Positions 17,980 to 26,641 are shown, counted from the stretch's first letter. The stretch: 64,000 nucleotides of DNA from an uncultured Syntrophobacter sp. (GCA_964539645.1 CAZIJV010000008.1:19461-83460); one strand, 5' to 3'. Program-made: numbers and translations. The notes: generated by a model from the letters alone, not told the origin.

Positions 17980-20900
17980 ATGTCGGAGCCGTCTCGAAAC
18001 TTGACTGGTTCGGTAATGGTCGCGGGAGGTGGAATAGCCGGTGTGCAGGCTGCCCTGGACCTCGCCGATTCCGGTTTTTACGTATACCTGGTCGAAAAGA
18101 GCGAAGCGATCGGCGGTGTTATGAGCGCCCTCGACAAGACCTTTCCGACCAATGACTGTTCGATGTGCATCCTTTCGCCCAAACTGGTCGAGTGCGGGAG
18201 GCATCCCAACATTTCGATCCTCACTATGGCCGAGGTGCGGGAAGTAGATGGGGCGGCGGGTAATTTCACCGTGAAGCTTCACCAAAGAGCCCGCTACATC
18301 GACATGAAAAAATGCATCGCATGCGGGGTCTGCGCGGAAAAATGCCCCCGCAAGGTCCCTGATGAATATAACCGGGGTCTTGGCAAGCGGAAAGCCGCCT
18401 ATGTCAAGTACCCCCAGGCGGTCCCGCTCAAATATGCAATCGATAAGGACCATTGCATCTATTTCGAGAAGGGAAAATGCCGGGCCTGCGAGAAGTTTTG
18501 CCCTGCCGGCGCCGTGAACTTCAATGACACGGACACCGATCTTACGCTGAACGTCGGGAGCATCATCCTGGCCCCCGGGTTCCAGACTTTCGATCCCGGC
18601 GCGCTCGACACCTATAACTATTCGCAGTGTCCCAATGTAATAACATCCATGGAGTTCGAACGCATTCTCTCGCCTTCCGGCCCGACCGGGGGGCATCTCG
18701 CCCGGCCTTCGGACCACAAGGCGCCGGAGCGCATCGCATGGCTCCAGTGCGTCGGGTCGCGCGACCTGAATCATTGCAGCAACGGATACTGTTCTGCGGT
18801 CTGCTGTATGTACGCGATAAAAGAGGCGGTGATCGCCAGGGAGCACAGCACGGGGCGACTCGATACCGCCGTCTTCTACATGGACATAAGGACTTCCGGC
18901 AAAGACTTTGAGAAATACTACAACCGTGCCCGAGAGGAGCATGGGGTCCGGTTCATTCGGTCTCGCATCCATTCCGTCGAGCCAGTCCATGGAACGGGCG
19001 ACCTTTTGATCCGGTATGCGGGAGAAGACGGCGTTCTGCGTGAAGAGGTATTCGACCTGGTAGTGCTTTCCGTGGGGCTGGAAACACCCCCCGAGGTTAT
19101 TGAGATGGCGCGGCGGCTTGGCGTTGAGCTAAGCGACGGTCGCTTTGCCGCAACCTCGCCTTTTGATCCAGTCGCTGTTTCCAGGCCCGGAATATTTGTA
19201 TGCGGCGCTTTTCAGGGGCCCAAGGATATTCCGCAGTCGGTCATGGAAGCTTCGGCCGCAGCCGCAGATACTGCAGCCCTCCTGGCGCCGGTGAGAGGAA
19301 CTGCGACAACAAAGCGAGAGGAAATCCCGGAGATGGACCCGGCAGGCGTCGAACCTCCGCGCATCGGGGTTTTCGTCTGCCACTGCGGGATAAATATCGG
19401 ATCGGTTGTCGATGTTCCGAAGGTAAAAGAATACGCCAAGACCCTTTCCGGTGTCGCTTACGTAGAGGAAAGCCTTTTTACCTGCTCTCAGGATACCCAG
19501 GAAAAGATGAAGGATGCCATTCGCGAATACAGGTTGAATCGCATCGTCGTGGCATCCTGCTCACCCAGAACTCATGAACCGCTGTTCCAGCAGACCATTC
19601 GGGCGGCGGGGCTGAACAAATATCTTTTCGAGCTTGCCAATATCCGGGACCAGAATTCGTGGGTCCATCAGGATTTTCCGGAAGCTGCAACTGAAAAGGC
19701 AAAAGACCTGGTCCGAATGGCCGTTGCCAAGGTGGCCCTGCAGCAGCCTCTCGCAGAAGTCCGCCTTGACGTGACCAGGAGCGGTCTGGTGATCGGCGGG
19801 GGTATTTCCGGCATGCAGGCGGCTCTGTCCCTGGCGGATCAGGGCTATCCCGTAACGCTTGCCGAAAAGAATGAAGAACTGGGAGGGCATGCGCGCAAGC
19901 TCCTCACCGTGTGGAACGGTGAGCCTGTCCGGCCCTTTCTGGACGGACTGATCAAAAAGGTTGAAAACCACCCATTGATCACGGTGCGCAAAGGCGCCGT
20001 CCTGAAAAACGTTCAGGGATTCGTGGGCAGTTTTTGCAGTCTCCTGGATGTAAATGGGAATGAGGAACAGGTGCGCCACGGTGTCGCCGTCATCGCCACC
20101 GGGGCGCATTCCTACAAACCGACTGAGTACGGCTACGGAAAGAGCAGCCGCATCTTTCTCAATCTTGACCTGGATCAAGCCATCCGGGAGCGCCGTGAGG
20201 AAGTGACCGAGGCGAAATCAGCGGTCTTCATCCAGTGCGTCGGTTCGCGGGATACCGACCGGCCTTATTGCAGCCGGGTTTGCTGCAGCCATTCGGTGGA
20301 AAACGCGATTCGCCTCATGGAACTCAATCCCGAGATGAGTGTATTCATTCTCTATAGAGACATCCGCACCTACGGCATGCGGGAGGGCCTTTACAGGGAA
20401 GCCCGGCAGAAGGGAGTTATCTTTATCCGCTTCGACCCGGACAGAAAGCCGGAGGTGGACATAGCCGGCCCCGTCCCGAAGGTCTCCATCCTTGATCCGA
20501 TCCTGCGTCGAATGGTCGTTCTGAGCGCGGATATCCTGACTCTTGCAAGCGCTATCGAGACCCGGGAGCCGGAGGCGCTGGCCAAGATGTTCAAGGTTCC
20601 TCTCAACCCGGAAGGATTCTTCCTGGAGGCCCACATGAAGCTGCGCCCGGTGGATTTCGCGACGGAGGGCGTTTTCGTCGCCGGCCTGGCGCACTGGCCC
20701 AAGCCCACGGAAGAATGCATCGCACAGGCAAAAGCCTCAGCGGCCCGGGCCGCTACGATTCTGTCCAGGGATTACATAGTGGCCGGAGGTGTCGCGGCCG
20801 TCGTCAAGGGTGAGATGTGCTCGGGTTGCCGGGCCTGCATGGAATGCTGTCCCTTCGGGGCTATCAGCTACCTGGAGCGGGAGGCTCGATGCGAGGTGAA

Positions 20901-21021
20901 TCAAGCCCTGTGCAAAGGATGCGGGACCTGCGCGGCTGCGTGTCCTTCGGAGGCGGTTACACTCATGGGATTTAGCCATCTGCAGCTCTACAGGCAGATC
21001 GATGAAGCCCTTTGGGCATAG
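17980..21021 (+). CDS. hdrA: double-module HdrA-like flavoprotein (no GltD insert)
   Basis: 1013-aa ORF. In my gapless by-eye alignment, 81 of 116 N-terminal residues are identical to ORF 5242..9672. Motifs: VMVAGGGIAGVQAALDLADSG, TNDCSMCI, CIACGVCAEKCP, WLQCVGSRD, YCSAVCCMYA, RIGVFVCHCGINIGS, LVIGGGISGMQAAL, CSGCRACMECCP, CKGCGTCAAACP. Confidence 0.9.
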   Translation: MSEPSRNLTGSVMVAGGGIAGVQAALDLADSGFYVYLVEKSEAIGGVMSALDKTFPTNDCSMCILSPKLVECGRHPNISILTMAEVREVDGAAGNFTVKLHQRARYIDMKKCIACGVCAEKCPRKVPDEYNRGLGKRKAAYVKYPQAVPLKYAIDKDHCIYFEKGKCRACEKFCPAGAVNFNDTDTDLTLNVGSIILAPGFQTFDPGALDTYNYSQCPNVITSMEFERILSPSGPTGGHLARPSDHKAPERIAWLQCVGSRDLNHCSNGYCSAVCCMYAIKEAVIAREHSTGRLDTAVFYMDIRTSGKDFEKYYNRAREEHGVRFIRSRIHSVEPVHGTGDLLIRYAGEDGVLREEVFDLVVLSVGLETPPEVIEMARRLGVELSDGRFAATSPFDPVAVSRPGIFVCGAFQGPKDIPQSVMEASAAAADTAALLAPVRGTATTKREEIPEMDPAGVEPPRIGVFVCHCGINIGSVVDVPKVKEYAKTLSGVAYVEESLFTCSQDTQEKMKDAIREYRLNRIVVASCSPRTHEPLFQQTIRAAGLNKYLFELANIRDQNSWVHQDFPEAATEKAKDLVRMAVAKVALQQPLAEVRLDVTRSGLVIGGGISGMQAALSLADQGYPVTLAEKNEELGGHARKLLTVWNGEPVRPFLDGLIKKVENHPLITVRKGAVLKNVQGFVGSFCSLLDVNGNEEQVRHGVAVIATGAHSYKPTEYGYGKSSRIFLNLDLDQAIRERREEVTEAKSAVFIQCVGSRDTDRPYCSRVCCSHSVENAIRLMELNPEMSVFILYRDIRTYGMREGLYREARQKGVIFIRFDPDRKPEVDIAGPVPKVSILDPILRRMVVLSADILTLASAIETREPEALAKMFKVPLNPEGFFLEAHMKLRPVDFATEGVFVAGLAHWPKPTEECIAQAKASAARAATILSRDYIVAGGVAAVVKGEMCSGCRACMECCPFGAISYLEREARCEVNQALCKGCGTCAAACPSEAVTLMGFSHLQLYRQIDEALWA

Positions 21022-21048
21022 AAGTTCGGCCTGATCAATCGGGCCGGG

Positions 21049-21531
21049 ATGAGACGAGGTGTTCCTGTGGAAATCAAAGGGTTCGAACCAAGAATTCTAG
21101 CTTTTCTCTGCAACTGGTGCAGCTATGCCGGAGCGGACCTGGCGGGGGTGAGCCGCCTCCAGTATCCGCCGAATATTCGCGTGATCCGGGTAATGTGCTC
21201 CGGGAGCGTCTCTGCGCACCACCTTCTTCATACGTTCCAGAAGGGGGCGGACGGGGTCCTTGTGGCGGGCTGCCACATTGGTGACTGCCATTATCTCAAG
21301 GGCAATTTCATGACTCTCAAGCGGGTCACCTTCCTCGACGGACTGCTTCGCTTCGCCGGCTATGATGCGCAACGGCTGCGGCTGGAATGGATTTCGGCCG
21401 CCGAGGGTCCCCGGTTTGCCGAAGTGGTCCGGGATTTCACCGCCCATATCAAAAGCCTTGGCCCCGCCCCTTCGCTCGAAGCGGTTCCGCTTGTGCGCGC
21501 GGCCGTCGAATGCACGGCGCCGGTTCGATAG
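21049..21531 (+). CDS. mvhD: MvhD/FlpD-like protein (second copy)
   Basis: 160-aa ORF with LAFLCNWCSYAGADLAG, IRVMCSGSV and VAGCHIGDCHY. The start is uncertain; a GTG at 21067 is also possible. Confidence 0.87.
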   Translation: MRRGVPVEIKGFEPRILAFLCNWCSYAGADLAGVSRLQYPPNIRVIRVMCSGSVSAHHLLHTFQKGADGVLVAGCHIGDCHYLKGNFMTLKRVTFLDGLLRFAGYDAQRLRLEWISAAEGPRFAEVVRDFTAHIKSLGPAPSLEAVPLVRAAVECTAPVR

Positions 21532-21542
21532 GATTGGATTGC

Positions 21543-22337
21543 ATGGATACAAAGATCAGAAAACTGCTTATTGAAGACTCCGTGTCGGGATTCGTTGCCT
21601 ACAAGACCGTGCACGGCCACCTCTTCCCATGGGTATTCACCAAGGACAATCTTGCCGAGTTGGAGCCTTGGCGGCAGACGTCCGCACGCTACCCCAACCT
21701 CAAGCTGCTGCTTGCGGTCGCCCGTCGAAATCCGGCTGGAACTTACGGGATTCTGGTCAGAGGGTGCGAGGAGCGTGGGTTGGAGGAACTCTACAAGTGG
21801 AATCAACTCCAGCGGGACAAGGTGGTTGTGCTGGGGCAGGCTTGCAGCGCTGAGCTGGCCTCCTATTGCGAATGCTGGAAACCCTATCCGGATCGGCTCG
21901 ATTTCGGCCCACCCACCCCAGGTGTCGCGGAGAGCAGCAGGATTTCGGAGTTGCACTCCATGACAGACCAGGGTCGCCTCGACTCGTGGCTTACTCATTT
22001 TAACCGCTGCATCCGGTGCCACGGCTGCCGCGATGTTTGTCCTGTTTGCTTTTGCACCGAATGCAGCCTGGAGCATACCGATCTCATTCCGGGGGACAGA
22101 CTCCCTCCGGACACATCTTTCCACCTGGTCCGCGCCGTTCACATGGGAGGGCGTTGCATAGACTGCGGGCTTTGCGAAGAGGTTTGTCCGGCCCGGATCC
22201 CCCTCCGGACCCTCTATAAGGAAGTCAATCGCCTGGTCGGGGAAATATTCGACTATAGGCCCGGAACGGCGGGGGATGGGAGGTCTCCATTCACATTCCC
22301 GGGTGAAGATTTCCGGCTTCCCCAAGGGGCCCGGTAA
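21543..22337 (+). CDS. mvhD-coupled iron-sulfur protein (second copy), function unknown
   Basis: ORF 21387..22337 trimmed to the ATG at 21543 (MDTKIRKLL), 11 nt after the mvhD stop. Motifs CIRCHGCRDVCPVCFCTEC and CIDCGLCEEVCP are collinear with ORF 10155..11102. Confidence 0.72.
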   Translation: MDTKIRKLLIEDSVSGFVAYKTVHGHLFPWVFTKDNLAELEPWRQTSARYPNLKLLLAVARRNPAGTYGILVRGCEERGLEELYKWNQLQRDKVVVLGQACSAELASYCECWKPYPDRLDFGPPTPGVAESSRISELHSMTDQGRLDSWLTHFNRCIRCHGCRDVCPVCFCTECSLEHTDLIPGDRLPPDTSFHLVRAVHMGGRCIDCGLCEEVCPARIPLRTLYKEVNRLVGEIFDYRPGTAGDGRSPFTFPGEDFRLPQGAR

Positions 22338-22493
22338 ATGCGCGGAGTCCAGCCTGTATCGGTGAGCGTGCAGGCCGGTCATGCATTGATATACGGAGAT
22401 ATACGGAAATTTTATCGATCTGCGGGTCACGCGCCCGGTGCAGATCGCGTTTTTACCAGAAATAGCAGTCTCTTGCCAGAAAAGGAGGACGTA

Positions 22494-23816
22494 ATGCAGC
22501 AAGCTCTTTTGAATCCAACACTGCCGGACCCGATAAGACAATACCTCAACAAGTTCAATTTAAGCCTTTGCCTTACCTGCGGCACGTGCACCAATGGATG
22601 TCCGGCAACCGGAACGCCGATGCTGGAGGGTCTGGACACACGTAAGGTACTGCGCATGCTGGCATTCGGCATGGTGGACGAAGTCATGGAATCGGCATTC
22701 CCCTGGGTCTGTACGGGATGCGGCAGGTGTGTGCACGGCTGTCCAATGGGGATCGATATCGTCGGGATCATGGGATACATGAAATCCCTGCGCCCGCGTG
22801 ATAAGGTGCCGGGAATTCTTCATAAAGGGGTTTTGAACGTCCTGGCCAGCGGCAACAACATGGCCATTCCCAAGGACGACTACTTCTTTCTGATGTCCGA
22901 TATGGGGCAGGAGTTGGCCGATGGGGAATGCCCCGGGTTCTACGTCCCCATTGATAAGGATAATGCCGACACCGTCTTCTATCCCAACTCCAAGGAAGTC
23001 TTTTCCGACAACGACGATATGATCTGGTGGTGGAAGATATTCTATGCAGCCCGTGAAAACTGGACCATTCCCTCCGAGAACTGGGAAGCCGTGGACTGGG
23101 GGCTGTTCACCGGCAACGGCGAAGCCACGAAAATCCTGGCGAAGAGAAAAATCGAGTTCATGAAGCAGCATAATATGGGCCGTATGATAATGCCCGACTG
23201 CGGCGGCGGCTCCTATGGATGCAGGAAGGGCATGAAAGAATGCGTGCTGGAGGATCCCAACAATAAAGTAAATCACATATACCTCTACGATTATCTCAAG
23301 GAAGTCATCCAGAGCGGCAGGATCAAGCTGGACAAAAGCCGCAACTCCGGGAAGGTCTTCACCTGGCACGACTCCTGTAAACATGGCAGGGAACTCGAAC
23401 GCAACTTCGGCAAGGCGTACTTCGATGAGCCGCGATGGATTCTGGAGCAGTGCGTGGATCAGTTTGTCGAATTCCAGCCTAACCGCATGAATAACTTCTG
23501 TTGCGGCGCAGGAGGCGGCAACTGGCCCATGCCTTATGAGAAGGAGTCGGCCTACCATGCGCGCTTCAAGTACGAACAGATCAAGAATAGCGGGGCTGAC
23601 GTGGTCGTTGTAGGCTGTTCCAACTGCCGCGACCAGATCATGAAAAGAATCCCCAAATTCTATCCCGATTGTAACTACGAAGTGAAATACATCTGGCAAC
23701 TTGTGGCCGAAAGCCTGGTCTTCGAGCCCTGGAGCGATGCCGAAGTCGCGCGGGCTGAGCAGGAGGCGAAGGCCCAATGGGAGCGCCTGGGGTTCAGCCC
23801 TGAGGAAGAGGAATGA
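22494..23816 (+). CDS. HdrD-like protein (HdrC-type 2x[4Fe-4S] + HdrB-type CCG cysteine-rich domains)
   Basis: ORF 22338..23816 trimmed to the ATG at 22494, preceded by AAAGGAGGA. Motifs: CLTCGTCTNGCP and CTGCGRCVHGCP, then CCG-type repeats (HDSCKHGRE, NFCCGAGGG, VVVGCSNCRDQ). No transmembrane partner is adjacent. Confidence 0.8.
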   Translation: MQQALLNPTLPDPIRQYLNKFNLSLCLTCGTCTNGCPATGTPMLEGLDTRKVLRMLAFGMVDEVMESAFPWVCTGCGRCVHGCPMGIDIVGIMGYMKSLRPRDKVPGILHKGVLNVLASGNNMAIPKDDYFFLMSDMGQELADGECPGFYVPIDKDNADTVFYPNSKEVFSDNDDMIWWWKIFYAARENWTIPSENWEAVDWGLFTGNGEATKILAKRKIEFMKQHNMGRMIMPDCGGGSYGCRKGMKECVLEDPNNKVNHIYLYDYLKEVIQSGRIKLDKSRNSGKVFTWHDSCKHGRELERNFGKAYFDEPRWILEQCVDQFVEFQPNRMNNFCCGAGGGNWPMPYEKESAYHARFKYEQIKNSGADVVVVGCSNCRDQIMKRIPKFYPDCNYEVKYIWQLVAESLVFEPWSDAEVARAEQEAKAQWERLGFSPEEEE

Positions 23817-23949
23817 TTGGCTTCCGATAACCGCACCTTGTGTCTGCTCGGGGGCTTCAAGCCTATGCCGGACAGGCACGAGGCGCAGAAATTCCCTGCC
23901 GGCGGCGGCCGGGACGCTCTGTGACAGGAGCACAATAGAGGAGAGGACC

Positions 23950-24462
23950 GTGGCCTTCAGTGTTTATAAGGATGCGAACCTGACCAAGCAACTCAAGACG
24001 CTTCTCAAGGGAGGGACAAAAGCGGCACAGGCCGCTGAACACGCGCAGACAATAATCAAACAGTTGATAGATGGAGGAGTCTGCGATCCGAAGCTCATTG
24101 GAAGGCTCACGCGGTACGGGGAAGCACGTATCAGGGACTGTATCAAATACGACCTGGTGGGGAGTTATCGGCTCGTGGGCATTATGCACGATGAAGGAAT
24201 CGTGTTTCTTTACGTCGGCAGCCATAGTGAGTGTGACCGCTGGATCAGGAACAACGCCGGATTGGAGCCCATCCTGGGAAAAAAGAGAAACAGCGTAATC
24301 GAGGTCAACCCGGTGGACGAGCAGGACACGCAGCCCGAGGTGGAAGCGAACGAGGAAGAACACGACGCCGATTATGATGAACTGCTACTCAAGGACATTA
24401 CTGATCAGGATCTCAGGAAGATCTTCAGCGGGCTGTGCAGAAAACCGACTTTTGGTAAGTAA
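23950..24462 (+). CDS. hypothetical protein: RelE/HigB-like fold candidate with long acidic C-terminal tail
   Basis: GTG at 23950, 6 nt after GAGGAG (23938-23943); the upstream part of ORF 23701..24462 overlaps the hdrD-like gene and looks like noise. The segment KYDLVGSYRLVGIMHDEGIVFLYVGSHSECDRW resembles the C-terminal beta-strand signature of HigB/RelE toxins (GNxYRL....V.I..VGTHxEYD). The tail PVDEQDTQPEVEANEEEHDADYDELLL is strongly acidic. Confidence 0.5.
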   Translation: MAFSVYKDANLTKQLKTLLKGGTKAAQAAEHAQTIIKQLIDGGVCDPKLIGRLTRYGEARIRDCIKYDLVGSYRLVGIMHDEGIVFLYVGSHSECDRWIRNNAGLEPILGKKRNSVIEVNPVDEQDTQPEVEANEEEHDADYDELLLKDITDQDLRKIFSGLCRKPTFGK

Positions 24463-24814
24463 ATTCATGCACTGCGCAAGGTTTCCCGTATGCTGACCTT
24501 GCAGCAACCCATCGCCTGTTGCGCGTGGCAGTTCGCCGGAAAAACATCCCAAAATCTTTAAACCTTTTGACTCCGCCGGAACACATTCGGCTGCTGTTGA
24601 TCCTGCCGGAAGGCGCCCAGCGTCTGCCACCCGTCAATCCTTCCCATTCTTGTCGATTCTACTCTGCCGCCTCTGAATTTCACAACGTACTCGTTATCCG
24701 TATTATTATAAATTTCGAGTCGAGGAGACTGCTCTCAGAATTCTGGAGTCATAGCCTTATGCCGAAAAGTGTGGTATATAGAGCAGGATTGTCTTAGGAA
24801 CATGAGGAGAGTGA

Positions 24815-25126
24815 ATGTTTTTCCTAATCGGCGGGGTGCAGCCGAAAACGGCGACTTTGGATCCAACTCCAAGGGTTTGCCCGGCCTGCGGCTTTACGAC
24901 AGCCAGGCTAAAACGCGTTGACCACTACGTAAGCCTCTTTTTTATTCCCATTATTCCGATCAAAAGAGGTATACCGGTTTTAATTTGCGACAGTTGCGGC
25001 GCCGCCTCTTCTCCCGGACAGGAATTCAGGGGAAGAAGGCCGGAGGCTGTGCGCGGATGTGCGCAGTGCGGCTATCCGGCGAGTTCCGAATTCCGGTATT
25101 GCCCCGGATGCGGCGCCCGAATCTGA
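24815..25126 (+). CDS. zinc-ribbon domain protein (zinc_ribbon_15-like)
   Basis: 103-aa ORF preceded by GAGGAGAG. MFFLIGG...CPACG...HYVSLFFIPIIP...CDSCG, plus a second CAQCG...CPGCG ribbon. Confidence 0.65.
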   Translation: MFFLIGGVQPKTATLDPTPRVCPACGFTTARLKRVDHYVSLFFIPIIPIKRGIPVLICDSCGAASSPGQEFRGRRPEAVRGCAQCGYPASSEFRYCPGCGARI

Positions 25127-25139
25127 GGGACGAGCGAGT

Positions 25140-25883
25140 ATGGTGATCATGAAGATGAATGAGAGCAGAAAAGTAATACATTTCCCGACCGTTGCTCGGC
25201 CCAACATCGACGAGGTGCTGACCCTGTTTCTGAAGGAGCAGCAGAAACGGCTGAAGAACCGGACCTATAACCGGTACGAAGAGGTAATAGACCTCTTGCG
25301 GCACTGCCTCAACGGGCATGGCTACCACGATCTGGAGAATTCGCCGGAAGTGGCCCTCTACGAAAAGCTCTACTTCCAGAAAAATCTTGAATTCTGTCTT
25401 ATCTTCGGACCGGAGAAAATTCTCTCCTCCCTGGGCAATTTTCTCAACTATTTCATGATAAGAAAAGTCATGGCTTCGGAAGCCCTGCTTCAAGCCGCCG
25501 GGATAGTCACCAAGAAGCTGGTGAAATGGCTTGAGGAAAACGGCCATATAGGAAAAGAAATGGCTGACCGGGGAATCAGGCTTGCCGCCGAGGCCGCAAG
25601 AGAACTGCCCGCCGCCGAGCGGCTTGCCCGGCTCATCTACGAGTACGCGCAAAGCCATGCTCCCAGATACTGGACCGCCGAACTGGATGATTACTTCCTG
25701 ATCGAACAGATCCATCCCGGAATCCTGATCCTCTCTGGGGTGGCGACATCCGGGATTGTCGAGGTCCGAGTCCCCAAGGAGATCACCGATCATTGCCGCA
25801 AAGGCTGGCAGGTCAATCTGCTCCTCGGAAAAACCCGCAACGGCTGGTGCATCCTTGAGACGGGGAATGTTTATCCGAACTGA
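25140..25883 (+). CDS. hypothetical protein (no recognisable catalytic motif)
   Basis: ORF 25059..25883 trimmed to the ATG at 25140, 13 nt after the zinc-ribbon stop. The helical, K/E/L-rich composition looks protein-like. The competing antisense ORF 25026..25931 is G/P/R-rich and looks like a shadow ORF. Confidence 0.6.
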   Translation: MVIMKMNESRKVIHFPTVARPNIDEVLTLFLKEQQKRLKNRTYNRYEEVIDLLRHCLNGHGYHDLENSPEVALYEKLYFQKNLEFCLIFGPEKILSSLGNFLNYFMIRKVMASEALLQAAGIVTKKLVKWLEENGHIGKEMADRGIRLAAEAARELPAAERLARLIYEYAQSHAPRYWTAELDDYFLIEQIHPGILILSGVATSGIVEVRVPKEITDHCRKGWQVNLLLGKTRNGWCILETGNVYPN

Positions 25884-26047
25884 GGAATTAAAAACCGGAT
25901 TTCGCTCCGCGCAACCCAACCTGCGATCCATGTATTATTCATCTACCTCCTATGGTGATGAAGTGCATCAAACGCAGGCAGGCTGGGTTGATCGAAACGA
26001 AACCCGGTCATAAGGCGATGGCTGCCGCGGGGTTCCGGGCGTCCTGC

Positions 26048-26641
26048 CTACTTGAGGCAGGAGTTCACGAAATCCCAGTTGATCAGGTTGTCGATAAAGG
26101 CCTGGATAAAGTCCGGCCTCCTGTTCTGATAATCCAGATAATAGGCGTGTTCCCAAACATCCACCGTCAATACCGGTTTAAGCCCGTGTGCGATGGGAGT
26201 ATCGGCGTTGGCGGTCTTCATGATTTCCAGTTTGCCGTTTTTCAGCACCACCCATGCCCATCCGCTGCCGAACTGGGTCACACCGGCGTTTTTCAGATCC
26301 TCTGCAAATTTTGCATAGCCTCCGAGATCGCTCTCGATTTTCTGTGCAATCTCGCCTGTCGGCTTGCCGCCGCCTTTTGGCTTCATGCATGACCAAAAAA
26401 ACGAATGGTTCCAGACCTGGGCGACGTTATTGAAAACCCCGGCCTTTGAGGCATCTCCGGCGACTTTCTTGATAATGGCCTCCGGTTCGAGGTTTTCCAG
26501 TTCCGTCCCGGCGATGAGTTTGTTGCCGTTATCGACGTAGGCTTTATGGTGCTTCCCATGATGGAACTCAAAAGTTTTGGCGCTGATAAAAGGTTCGAGC
26601 GCATCCTTGGCAAACGGCAGGTCTGGCAACGTTAGAGCCAT
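26048..26641 (-). CDS. sodB: superoxide dismutase, Fe type
   Basis: 197-aa ORF with HHGKHHKAYV, FNNVAQVWNHSFFW, FGSGWAWV and DVWEHAYYLDYQNRRPD. AGGAGGGG SD upstream. Confidence 0.95.
   Translation of the reverse strand: MALTLPDLPFAKDALEPFISAKTFEFHHGKHHKAYVDNGNKLIAGTELENLEPEAIIKKVAGDASKAGVFNNVAQVWNHSFFWSCMKPKGGGKPTGEIAQKIESDLGGYAKFAEDLKNAGVTQFGSGWAWVVLKNGKLEIMKTANADTPIAHGLKPVLTVDVWEHAYYLDYQNRRPDFIQAFIDNLINWDFVNSCLK

Noticed and set aside
5242-23816. Selenocysteine (TGA) recoding in the hdrA, mvhD or fdhA-like genes, as seen in some Desulfobacterota
   Set aside because: All these ORFs are uninterrupted, and Cys occupies the positions where Sec occurs in selenoprotein versions (for example LPCSGRV and VMCSGSV in MvhD). 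There is no split ORF pair to suggest read-through.
22560-23933. 457-aa minus-strand ORF
   Set aside because: It is antisense to the HdrD-like gene, whose CCG and ferredoxin motifs are unambiguous. The composition is that of a shadow ORF.
25026-25931. 301-aa minus-strand ORF competing with the 247-aa plus-strand ORF
   Set aside because: The plus-strand product has a balanced helical composition, and its ATG sits 13 nt after the upstream zinc-ribbon gene. The minus-strand product is G/P/R/D-rich without a plausible SD. The call is not certain, so the plus-strand confidence is kept at 0.6.
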